Source: Spizellomyces punctatus DAOM BR117
Lineage: Eukaryota
NCBI GenBank assembly: GCA_000182565.2
Contig: KQ257460.1
DNA length: 41,099 nt
Direction: 5' to 3' (one strand)
Shown here: positions 27,735 to 38,440 of the stretch, in pieces
Position numbering within the stretch: the first letter of the stretch is position 1
How the letters are laid out: each line of letters starts with the position of its first letter
The notes under the pieces: generated by a model
What the model was told of the DNA's origin: nothing
Seen by the model: only the letters and a program-made list of their open reading frames with translations
Databases searched by the model: none
Program-made: the position numbers and the translations under genes

Positions 27735-28028
27735 ATAACTCTTTACCTGGGCAAGGTAGCCCAGGGGTTAAGGCGCCGACGTGCACCTTAACAGAGCGGG
27801 TTCGAATCCCGGAACAGGTCGTCAGAGACTGATTGCTTGCGGCGGTAGGAGCAAGTGACGCCCCTTCGTGTGGGTCCCAGTGAAGCTTGTGCTGAGGGAG
27901 GGCTTTGATGAGCGACGTACCCGACTGACAGAATCTGCGTGTGGACGGAGCAGCTGCGCGCCCGAAAGGGCCCCCAATGATACCCGCCGGGTTGAGGGAG
28001 GGCGGGGAAGAAAGGGAATTATCCTTTT
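27735..28028 (+). ncRNA. Putative Pol III (type-2 promoter) structured ncRNA of about 290 nt, family unassigned
   Basis: A-box TAGCCCAGGGG (27757-27767), perfect B-box GGTTCGAATCC (27799-27809), multiple GC-rich stems with G-U pairs favouring the + strand, pairing 5'/3' termini, and TTTT at 28025-28028. Confidence 0.7.
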
Positions 28029-28167
28029 GTTCAAGACAAATAAAAGTAAAATGTCCCATACTTTCATTATATTCCTGTGCCAGCACACCTCAAAGCTCAT
28101 AGTGTAAAAAGATGTGTGCGAGACGACGCGTACAACATACGTGGTCACCGTCTCACATATCTCTACT

Positions 28168-29745
28168 ATGCCCGATCTGACAACGGATTTCTACGCCATC
28201 CTTAAATCCCGACATGCTGCTCGCTCCTTGGCACACGAAGGTGCACCTAATAATGCCAATATCTCTGCTACCTCCATTCTGCGAAAAAAGAGGCGAAAAT
28301 CTCACAGTGAACGTGGGGATGCCTTCTTGAAAGAGGCATATCGGCTGGTAAGCATTGTAGAAATACAGTCAGTGACAAAGGAAATGCGGGCGTAGAAATT
28401 CAGATCCGGTGGAGATATGGGTTATGAAGGATAGCGTTTTCAACAGTGTTGGAAAGGACTGTGAAGAAAAGCAGTCACTAATGAGAACGTCTTCAGCTGG
28501 AGCATGTCAATCAACTCCGGTACTTTCTCCTGCGAGCCCGAAAGTACTATCTGGACACTGGCCGGCATGTGACGTCCGCGAAACCACTTTCAGAAGGCGA
28601 ACTGGCGACAGATGAGCATTACGCACGCCAAAAAGATACTCTGCCCCTCCTGAAGATGCTCCCGCAACTCAAAAATATGACGGATAAGCAGCGTGTGGAG
28701 CTAGATATGCAGACACAGATCCTCGTAGAGACATTTCTAAAGCGGGTGGCAGTTTTGTCTCAGCTTGGAGGTAGAGTGCTTTCTTTTTCACTTTGAGACG
28801 ATGCAGGGTCTGATGTTGAAGTGTCATCTCAGAAAATCTGTCGAATGCCCCACCAAAGCCGGCCTTTCTACTTTCATTTCTGAGTACTGATGAAGATTTG
28901 CACCAGAGGATGCTTCGTGAACACCGAAACTCAGTCATATGGTTGCTCCGGAAACGATTGATGGACGTTTCTAATATCCAGAAGGATATGCAAGAACGTT
29001 TGATGCAGCGAAGACTTAGTCGGGAGGACACGTAGGTGTTATGGATGAAATGTAAGGAACGGATCTAGTGGCTAATCGACCTTACATGCAAAAGATATTT
29101 CTATAAAGGGGTGAATGCTACAAAAACTCGGCCGACACCTCTATCGCCTGCTACCGCCGAACAGGAAGACGCTCATGATCTTTCTCTTGCCCAGTTGACA
29201 TCGAAACTCACCAGTTCATTAACGGGAGGAAATCCCACCCCACTGCCGCGTTCTAAATCAAGCTCGGCAGAGTCTCTTGATCAAAGGGATTCAAGGGCCC
29301 TTGCATTGCAGGAGCGGGTGGAGGACAATGATGTGGCGTCCCAACTGGAACCCCAGGAACGACAGCTTCTGGAATCCGAGAATGCGGCATTACTGGAGGA
29401 GCTGGAAAGTAGTATTGACCAAGTGCGGTAAGTTACATGCTGTTGGGCTGAACAACGCAAGTTGAGCCGATCCTGACACGCTCGCATTGTTGTCCCGCCA
29501 GAGAAACAACCCAATCCCTCAATGTGATCTCTAGTCTGCATTCACGACTTAGTCACGAACTCCAATCCCAATCAGAGACCATCGGATTTTTGTATGATGA
29601 TGCCTGGCGGAGTACCGAAAGTGTGAAGAATGCGAATCTCCAGCTCATTAGCGCACAAAAGCACTTTGGCGATGCAAGAATTTGGGTCTTGTTATTCTTA
29701 GTGATTGCCAGTGCTATTCTATGGTTCCTCGATTACTACGGATAA
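28168..29745 (+). CDS. UFE1: ER Qa-SNARE syntaxin-18/Ufe1
   Basis: MPDLTTDF...DAFLKEAYRL N-terminus, MTDKQRVELD, HRNSVIWLL, SNARE heptads (LLESENAALLEEL...QSETIGFLYDDA...NLQL) and C-terminal TM helix WVLLFLVIASAILWFLDYY. Confidence 0.88.
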
Positions 29746-29784
29746 TATAGGATGTGCATTTCCGCAAATCGAATGTCAGAAAAT

Positions 29785-29841
29785 CTGCATTGCGATGAAA
29801 TTGCTGCAATGCGATGAAATTGCTGCAATGCGATGAAATTG
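29785..29841. repeat. 19-bp tandem repeat x3 (CTGCAATGCGATGAAATTG)
   Basis: Three adjacent copies, one mismatch in the first, between convergent UFE1 and NAS2. Confidence 0.95.
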
Positions 29842-29994
29842 TCGAAAATCGTATGGCGGCATGAATTTGCCCCGCATCAGAGCAACCAATTACCCTAGAC
29901 TAGAATTTTTCCATTGGGTAGTCGAGCAAATGCAACGTAGTTAGAATTATCATTTCATCACAGGAATTGCGTAGAAATCAACAGATCTAGACAT

Positions 29995-30977
29995 TCAACT
30001 TGGTACCAGATGGCACCTGCAGGAAAGGAAACAATGAACATTATTGGAAAGCTTCATGATATCCCTCTGTCGCTTACCCAAGCAGTCCTCTTCCACTCCA
30101 TTTGTGGGGGGTAACTGTTAGTGCTGTGACAGTTCCGTCCCGCCGAACTAGTATATCAATCGGTTTCTGGAAGCCCAAGGGTGCTGATTAGCCGTCTGAA
30201 CACGGTAGCCAGCCTGACGGTGACATACGTTTTCACTCCCTGCCACGAGATCGGAGAGCCTCTTGAGCCCTTCCCGATGTGTTGCATCGACAGTGCCAAA
30301 TCTTTGTATAGAAAGGTATTATTCACTCAGTGTAATTAGCGCTGATTACATGTCGCTATCATACCGGAGAATCAGATCATTCCGTTTCATCCCAGCTTCA
30401 TCTGCCGGACTATCTGGTGCGACACCATTAACCTAATTCACCAAAACAGTTAGATACAGCCGCAATGTTCAAAAATGTATAAACAAGGTACCAGCGCAAA
30501 GGGTTTCAAATTGTCATCTGGAAGCCATCCAGTTAGCTTTTCGTTAAGATTTACGACCATCTCAAAAACCGGTAGATACCGTTTATCGTCGTTCTCTCGC
30601 GCGTCTCTGCGGCAGTCACAGTGGGTTCCAACTTTGCCTGAGCATGTACATCGTGCAGAGCTTGTTCGATATCTTTCATGATAGCCTTCAGGTCGTTCTT
30701 CTTTCGAATGATCTCTACACGCGCATGTCGTATTTGGTAAACGTCGATATCGGCTCGGGGAAATCCTGCTGCATCTGTGAGTGGGTCATCCATGCCAACA
30801 CCTTGCTGGTTGGTTAAATATATTGTGAGCCTCTATGGTGCTGCAAACAATTCATTCTGGTTTACAGACGGATTGAAGGACTTGCTCGAGTTCACGGATG
30901 TGGGCTTCCAGGGCATCTTTTTCCCGGACAAGGCGTTGGGCTTTTGCGACGAGTTCTGCGTGAGTTGGTGCCGTCAT
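29995..30977 (-). CDS. NAS2: 26S proteasome assembly chaperone Nas2/PSMD9 (p27; PDZ domain)
   Basis: GMDDPLTDAAGFPRADIDVYQIRHARVEIIRKKND; PDZ PFAL-VNGVAPDSPADEAGM; C-terminal WSGRGLLG-CHLVP. Confidence 0.93.
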
Positions 30978-31272
30978 TATTGTGAAGAATGTGCAATGAA
31001 ATTTGACTTTCAGTAATTGTTCCAGAGTTACTCTGACCTTGCAGCAAGAACGAAGCGTGGATGACTCATCCGACCATGACACGTAATCGAGAACCTATCC
31101 TACTAATCCTTCAACTACAACATCAAACATCACCTATATTGGATACCAGCCAACATACTGCAAAGATTTTTCCACAGAACTAATAAAGGCACAAAAATAC
31201 CCCACAAACGTTGATAACCATACGACTAACTATACCTCCACCTAAACAAAGTGAAATCTTACTCTACTCCTC

Positions 31273-32349
31273 TTAACGGACCTTCTTGCTCTTACTCTTC
31301 TTCCATTCAAGAATTGCAGTGTCGATTTTGTTTTGGAGACGCTTGCGCAAGTCAGGACGGTAACCCAAGTGGAACAAAACCTCCACCCATACAAAGAAGG
31401 GGGCAAGGACGATAGCTAAAAACCAGAACATGAGCTTGTGTAATACAGTACATTGCAATGGATGCCGGCAATTAGTCACCTTGAAGGAGATTATCCAATA
31501 GCGCGGGCGCGCGACCTTCGGCGAAACCATGGCCCACTAATAGCCGATAGCAATTGATCAGTCTCCAAAGAAAGAAATCACCACATGAGTCAGTTTTTCA
31601 CTCACTAAACTGCATGATCCAGCTGACAACGTGGATCATCGTTGCCGCCATTTGAGGAGACACCTACACATTATACGTCAGCTTTTAATCGGCAATAAGC
31701 CACAGCATCAAAAAGCCCTCTTACCCCAGCGATCTCATCCTTGCCAGCCCAGACATTGGCATAGGCGCAGAGTCCAAAAAGGATGGGAGCGTATAGGGTC
31801 TGGGACGAGATGACATTAGTCTTATATCATCAACTAATCAACTAATGAAAGCCAAGAGAGTTAGTAATCCCAACCCACCCCGGCAAGAGGGTCCAGGACA
31901 ATGTAGTAAAGACTGTAGATCGCGATGCCAATAAAGGCGCCATTTAGAGGCCAGATGTAAGACAAGGACCAGTCGGCGACTTCACCCGTTTGAGTGAGCT
32001 GTCGTTCCAACGCATGAAGAAATTAAAACTCTAACAACGTGAGGGCAAAATGTATGCGGTTACGAACCCAAACCATCGTGGTCCACAATATAGTGGGAAC
32101 AAAGGCAACATGTATAAGTTGGTTTCTTGAAGAAATAGAGTCGGGAACGTTAAACGTCGTCAGAGCATCCAGCCGGAAGTCGGGGAGACGAAACTCCTTC
32201 GGCTTTGGGAAAGTTATACTTACAACTTGTTGTTGTGGTCTGATAAAAGTGAAGACCGTTTTGAGTACGCTCGACTTTGAGACAAGCATCGGCCCTTACT
32301 TACATTGCCCATACTGAAGTAATTGGTCCTCAAAGCTGAATATTCCCAT
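31273..32349 (-). CDS. MPO1: DUF962/Mpo1 2-hydroxy fatty acid dioxygenase family membrane protein
   Basis: EDQLLQYG..YH, NQLIHVAFVPTILWT, YYIVLD, HVVSWIMQF-GHG.FAEGRAPALLDNL, APFFVWVEVLFHLGYRP. Confidence 0.9.
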
Positions 32350-32623
32350 GGTTGGAGAGTAACTGTCTGCCGATTGCAGGTAAGATGAGGCTGTTATAAA
32401 AAGCGGCTAGAAACAAAGAAGCTCAACAACAAACACTTGTCGTCGGAACACCGAGGAGTTCACACGTGACGAGGCTTAATCATTTACCCATTTTAGGAAG
32501 AATTTGGCTCTGTCTCCAAACGTCAGGATTCGAGCCAACAACGCTCTTCATAATCCTGCACGCTCCCCGATCCTGGTAGGATCGCGCGCTTTACGTTCGG
32601 TCCATCGGCAGATGGAATGAAGG

Positions 32624-33758
32624 ATGGTGTCTGTAGTACCTCGAAAACCATTTCGACGTTCCTTCTTGCGAGAGCGTACGTGTATTTTTCTTTTACAACG
32701 ACCACCACTTTTCCTTTTTTTATTCGTGTTTTGCACGCTGCTCGTGAGATTCACGCACGTTCTCAACTTTCATGCCACCTGGAAGGAAGCTTCCGAGATT
32801 CAAGTCCGCCTCGACCTCCCTTTCGCTCCTTTCACTTCTACCGAAACCGTTCATATACCTGGGACATCGACGCTGGGATTTTCACGTATATATGTTCTCA
32901 ACCTGGTTACACGCACTGACCGACGGGCGTATATGGAGACACTGGTGCGCTCTCTCAACCTCGACGTGCACATTGTTCCAGCGTTAACCCCCGCCTCATC
33001 TGAGCTCCTGCCATACCGACATTTACTTCACGAAAGGGGGTGGTTGAATGTTGGCGGTTATCTAAGAGAACCTGAGCTGGCGTGTTGGGGCAGTCATATG
33101 AAGATTTGGAGCGATGTCGTCGCAAGTAATCTGTCGAGTGCGTTAGTAATGGAGGATGACGTGGATATTGAGTGGGAGATTGAGGAAATATGGGCACAGT
33201 TGCAAAAAGGCTTGGAGTCAACGACGGGGCTGGACGGGTGGGACATTGTCTATTTGGGTAATTGGCACACTGCTTCTCGTTATGCTATTGCTCTGCTGAC
33301 GGCTCTTTATTATGAAGGACACTGCTTCAACAAGGCAGGTCCCGTTCTATACAGATCCATGTACACCACCAGAAACGGTGGTCAGGTGGTTCACAGCATT
33401 CGTGAAGCCAGAGAATCATTCTGCACCCATGCATACGCCGTATCTCATAGAGGAGCAATGAAGCTTTTGAGATTATTGCGAGACACAGATCGCTCAGTGG
33501 ACTGGGCGCTCAACAGACGTCGGGTAGGTGACAATGCCAGTGATAATCTTTTGTTGTCAATGTGATGCTCATCCGTGTAACATTACCCATCAACAGCGAA
33601 AAGCACATCTAAGACTCCTCTCAGTGCATACGCCATTGATAATCCAGCTACGAAAGTCAGCAGACAATCCATCGGACGTACATCCGGGCGACATGCGCAG
33701 TGAGGAGCGACCTGAGGAAGAACTCATCGAATCGACTGCCTCACACTTCAAATTATGA
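32624..33758 (+). CDS. Glycosyltransferase family 25, type II membrane protein
   Basis: N-terminal TM segment; IYVLNLVTRTDRR, ELACWGSHMKIW, LVMEDDVD, WDIVYLG-HC, CTHAYAVSHRGAMKLL. Confidence 0.85.
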
Positions 33759-34058
33759 CCAGTGATTGTGTAGATATGATACGATTAAATTATCAAATTA
33801 TGGGAGGGCTGACACTGGGGGGGCGGGCACTGATGCCAATAGATAATTTGCATTAATATACGTGATGGAATAGCCGCTGCGGGCGGAACTTTTGCAAAAG
33901 AAGAAAACATCTTGGCGCAGGCACTATGGTAATACGCCATCGTGAAATCATTTTGAAACCAAATTCCCTTTACGTCATACCAATGGATAGACATACAGCA
34001 AAGACGGCACAAGTCTATTTATTGTCAATAACTTTTAAATTCTACATTTTTACACCCA

Positions 34059-34190
34059 CTGTGTGCTCAGACGCGCCCAAAGGCGAATGTTCTACCATAA
34101 AAGCAAAAGGTCCCAGGTGGGTTCATCCGCACGAGGCGGGTCCCAGGCTCACTTTTGCGGTACCCTTTTACTCGTCATCCCTGCACACAG
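34059..34190 (-). ncRNA. Box C/D snoRNA-like RNA, target unassigned
   Basis: 8-bp terminal stem CTGTGTGC/GCACACAG flanking GGATGA (C-like box) and CTGA (D box). Internal GTGA...GGATGA and long internal stem GAGTAAAAGG/CCTTTTGCTT. Intronic. Confidence 0.7.
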
Positions 34191-34400
34191 GCCTCAATAG
34201 TTTACTTACCCCAGAGCTCGCAAGCCGAGACCACTACTATAGCATGCAAGGGACGTAAGCTGCACAAAATTTGGTGGCAATCTAGGTCGCCATGCACACT
34301 AGTATTTGGTCAATCGTCATCGTGCCTGCGAGAAACTATAGAACCAGAATGATTAGTACATGTAGACGAATCGACCACCAGTTCTATAATCAGGATATGA

Positions 34401-34502
34401 TTTTGCGGATCAGGAGGAAGGCAGACATATGTTGTGTCAGCAACGACTCGATGAGTCTAAGACACAATCGTGACATCCATATGCGTTTCATCAGTTGCAA
34501 AA
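34401..34502 (-). ncRNA. Box C/D snoRNA, snR52/SNORD83-like guide for 18S Am420 (yeast numbering)
   Basis: Terminal stem TTTTGC/GCAAAA, C box TGATGA (34493-34488), D box CTGA (34413-34410). Guide CTGCCTTCCT is complementary to 18S AGGAAGGCAG, and the D+5 rule selects A420. Confidence 0.82.
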
Positions 34503-34658
34503 GGGCTGCCCGATACGGGAGCAAGCCTTGTAGGTTGCTATCTACAAGTGGACATCTTACCTGGTTCATCTTGCTTGAGTCTCTTGATGAGGATAAAGTG
34601 CAACACGAAGAGAGAGAGTGCATGATCTCCCTCTAGGCCGTTTTAACAGAAAATATAT

Positions 34659-34674
34659 CACGTGCAGACACGTG
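34659..34674. promoter_or_regulatory. Tandem CACGTG (E-box) pair upstream of the snoRNA host transcript
   Basis: CACGTG at 34659-34664 and 34669-34674, 10 bp apart. The same motif recurs upstream of most genes in the window. Confidence 0.55.
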
Positions 34675-34768
34675 GAATGCATTCGATTCCAAACCAGATT
34701 ATGTAAACTATCAGGAGCGTATTCAACATCCGTGCGCACTAGTTTCGCAAGCATGACAACAAGATTTG

Positions 34769-34868
34769 NNNNNNNNNNNNNNNNNNNNNNNNNNNNNNNN
34801 NNNNNNNNNNNNNNNNNNNNNNNNNNNNNNNNNNNNNNNNNNNNNNNNNNNNNNNNNNNNNNNNNNNN
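34769..34868. other. Assembly gap (100 N)
   Basis: Run of n characters. Confidence 1.
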
Positions 34869-36324
34869 TGGCTTTGTTGTCGCTCATATGCCAACGGGTC
34901 CGCATTGATGACCTGTTCTGGATCGTGCAAATGTTATATAACAAGTATGAATAAGCCTCAACCAACCGCATTTGTGTTCGATCATATGATAAAAAAAAAG
35001 CAAAATCCATCCTTTACGTATACATTAGCAAAAGGTCATTCGTTGAGGGTTTCAAGACAGACGCATTTGTAAGCATGTGATGTAATAGGTGGAAACATGA
35101 CGCGTTTTAAAATGTGGTTGCGCCTTTAAAGATCCCTCTTAGGTTTCTTTTTTATCACACTACGTGGAGAAACAAAGCACTGCCCCATATTCCATTCACT
35201 CGTTTTCCAAGAGATATCCCTGGCAGCACAATAGGGGCGAATCCAAACAGTCCATAGCCATTGGACAGAAACAAGTCTTGGAAGCAAAAAAAAGGAATTG
35301 GTTTCGTTCCTGGTCATTGAGGGCTTGCTGCGTCCAGGTCACCGTATCAAAAGGTAGACACTATAAACAAGGATCTCTGCAGGATTTCAAAAAGGGCTGG
35401 GAGTCTAGGGTCACCCGGGTATCGTTCATGGCGTGACTCAGTGCTTGCTTTTTGGGAATGAGATTGCACAGTTTTTGTCAAGTGTGTAAAATGAAATATA
35501 GAGCGGGACTATTAAAACGACCGGAACCAACCAAAACAAACAAAAATCAGGTTAATCTACCAGGGCTTTTGGATACCAGCCAACCAGAAGTACTTCCGAT
35601 TCCACAAGTTTGCAAGTAGATGTGATACTCATCTGCAGGGTTTGCGGGGGAAATACAATTGTACAGTTCTTTGCATCCAAAAAGATTGCGCCCTAAGGAT
35701 GAATACGAAGAAGGGCGATCCACCGTGGGACGGGCAATGGGTCATTTAGCCCCCCACTGAAATACCAGCGGCGATTCACAGTGAATAATATCGTTGCTGA
35801 GCTGATTCCAAATCCACCCAGTTTCAGCAGTTTTCATAGTGCACTTGCCTGCTCACTTTGCAAACAAGGTGACGGGCTGGTGATGGGCTCGGATGGAGAG
35901 GAAGGTAAAAGGGCAGAACTGAGCCGACTGCGGCACTGCGCATGCGAGGTAGTCATCTGACCTAAAAGTGTGAATCTGACGAAAGCTGGGCTGCATGTTG
36001 ATAAAAAAAAAAGTCAACCCACAAAGCCAGCAAGATCAATCATGTATTGCAAATGCGCAACCAGGACATTGAGGGAATAATAGCACCGCAGTGATTGTAT
36101 TTCCAACTCTTACTACAGTATTCTTTTTTCCAATGAGAACATTATGCGCATTCCCATTTCAAAAAAGGAACAAAAATCCCATCATCATCCAAGAAACATA
36201 ATCACAACATAATGCAGGTTCTGAACATGTCAAACAGCAGGCAAAATGATTACCTTCCAAATTTAGCAAAAGCGTTGCATTATTCGCAGAATCGATACTT
36301 GGGCAGGTTGGCACGCAGTTCCTC

Positions 36325-37343
36325 CTAAGTAAAACACAAAACACAACGAATAAAAACGCATGCGGCAAGGGGACAAGGTCGGGATGAAGTAAAAAAAAAA
36401 AATAGACAGACCAAATGTCCAAGAAGGAACATAATTGACAGGGTAGATCCAAAACTCACCGGTGAAATCCAAGCATCTGAAAAAAGGATTCGTTCCTGTC
36501 GTCCATTTTCTACAACTATTTGCGGTTCACGCCATTCAAGATTTAATTCGGCTGGCGGGGAAGAAAAGGGTTGGGTATATTTCGCGGTAGCTGGGATTTT
36601 CCATGGGTGCTTATCGACGGAATGTGTCGAGGAGGACGCGGAAGCGACTGAGGATATCGACGTTGACGACGATGTCTTTCGTATCGTGGGTAACCGCGGG
36701 CTGTTTCTTCTATTTGATGCCGAGTCTCTCTCAGAAACGGCAGGGGCAAGAGGGCGACCAGTTCGGTTCTTTCCTCTCAAGAACTTTGGGTTGATTGCAA
36801 TGCCATTTCCGGTCAGTCCAGACAGGGTACCCTTGCGGGACCGTACAGCTGCCTCAACAACCCTAAGTACTGCATCGTGGGATCCATTCTTTTTTGCTTG
36901 GAAAGAAGATGGGGCCGGGGTATGAGTGTCAGAGGTATCTATTTCCATGGGTGATGTTGGGTTTGGATCTACATCAGCAGACTGTACAGTCTCGGACACT
37001 TGGTTCTTTGGTAAAGATGCTGTTGGAACCGGTGGGTTACTATCTGAAAGCTGTTCTGACGGACTGGATACCGATGGATTTGCCAAAGTCCAAGAGTCTG
37101 GGATGTTCCCATCGCTCAGCGACCGAGCCTATACAAAAAATTAGCCACACACAATCAACCATCCATCGTAAAGTTACAAACACCGTCCATGGGACGTACG
37201 GGAATAGTTGTGACAGGCGTAGGGACTTGCTCGTCCTCCGTTAGATCGATAAAGGAGGGTGCGGTGGATTGGCGCGGTAGAGTATGCCGCTGCTGAATTT
37301 GCCTGACCACTTCATCTGGATCTCTGTTGAAAATAGATGTCAT
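36325..37343 (-). CDS. Hypothetical low-complexity S/P-rich protein; 3' exons unresolved
   Basis: ORFs 37155-37343 and 36325-37086 can be joined by a GT-AG intron. Likely donor after ...DAWISP (~36457). SIM-like FIDLTED. No recognisable domain. Confidence 0.45.
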
Positions 37344-37526
37344 TCGACTTCTAATGTCGAGATGAGCATCAGGGAGTGGACCACGGTTGCTGTCTCGTAA
37401 AGGGGTCTACATGCAGGTTAAAAGGAGGAGTGATCGGTCCATTGGCCCGCTCCCGGCGCAGGAAAGGGTACAATGCCTCTTTCAAATCTGAGCGCCACGT
37501 AACAGATGGGGATCAAAGTAATGGTG

Positions 37527-38342
37527 NNNNNNNNNNNNNNNNNNNNNNNNNNNNNNNNNNNNNNNNNNNNNNNNNNNNNNNNNNNNNNNNNNNNNNNNNN
37601 NNNNNNNNNNNNNNNNNNNNNNNNNNNNNNNNNNNNNNNNNNNNNNNNNNNNNNNNNNNNNNNNNNNNNNNNNNNNNNNNNNNNNNNNNNNNNNNNNNNN
37701 NNNNNNNNNNNNNNNNNNNNNNNNNNNNNNNNNNNNNNNNNNNNNNNNNNNNNNNNNNNNNNNNNNNNNNNNNNNNNNNNNNNNNNNNNNNNNNNNNNNN
37801 NNNNNNNNNNNNNNNNNNNNNNNNNNNNNNNNNNNNNNNNNNNNNNNNNNNNNNNNNNNNNNNNNNNNNNNNNNNNNNNNNNNNNNNNNNNNNNNNNNNN
37901 NNNNNNNNNNNNNNNNNNNNNNNNNNNNNNNNNNNNNNNNNNNNNNNNNNNNNNNNNNNNNNNNNNNNNNNNNNNNNNNNNNNNNNNNNNNNNNNNNNNN
38001 NNNNNNNNNNNNNNNNNNNNNNNNNNNNNNNNNNNNNNNNNNNNNNNNNNNNNNNNNNNNNNNNNNNNNNNNNNNNNNNNNNNNNNNNNNNNNNNNNNNN
38101 NNNNNNNNNNNNNNNNNNNNNNNNNNNNNNNNNNNNNNNNNNNNNNNNNNNNNNNNNNNNNNNNNNNNNNNNNNNNNNNNNNNNNNNNNNNNNNNNNNNN
38201 NNNNNNNNNNNNNNNNNNNNNNNNNNNNNNNNNNNNNNNNNNNNNNNNNNNNNNNNNNNNNNNNNNNNNNNNNNNNNNNNNNNNNNNNNNNNNNNNNNNN
38301 NNNNNNNNNNNNNNNNNNNNNNNNNNNNNNNNNNNNNNNNNN
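37527..38342. other. Assembly gap (N run)
   Basis: Run of n characters. Confidence 1.
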
Positions 38343-38440
38343 CACTTGAAGTCCGAGCGCCCTTTTTTTTGACGTCGTTCTTTATTCTTGTTGTTGTGTG
38401 AGCCGGGTGGCCAGATGGAACGTGCGGAAAAGTTAGCGCC

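Larger units (their letters stand above)
33800..34620 (-). ncRNA. Putative non-coding spliced snoRNA host transcript
   Basis: Two unusually long GT-AG introns (34560-34336 and 34209-34015), each containing a C/D-box RNA. Exons encode only a short ORF. Pyrimidine-rich 5' end and two upstream CACGTG motifs. Transcript ends are approximate. Confidence 0.65.

Noticed and set aside
27750-27820. Canonical tRNA or tRNA-Sec gene
   Set aside because: D- and T-arm motifs are present, but there is no anticodon stem-loop or 7-bp acceptor stem at the correct spacing. Treated instead as the head of a longer RNA.
27872-27880. 9-nt complementarity between the Pol III RNA (GGGTCCCAG) and the orphan C/D RNA (CTGGGACCC)
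   Set aside because: A 9-mer match between RNAs of these lengths is plausible by chance, and it is not positioned before a canonical D box.
27815-27955. SRP helix-8-like halves (CAGGTCG ... CGGAGCAG) and weak TPP-riboswitch-like words (GCTGAG, TACCCG, CTGA)
   Set aside because: The SRP halves are separated by over 100 nt instead of a GNRA tetraloop and there is no Alu motif. TPP core spacing does not fit, and the strand is opposite to the HAD gene.
29785-29841. CRISPR-like array
   Set aside because: The repeats are directly adjacent with no spacers, the context is eukaryotic and there are no cas genes.
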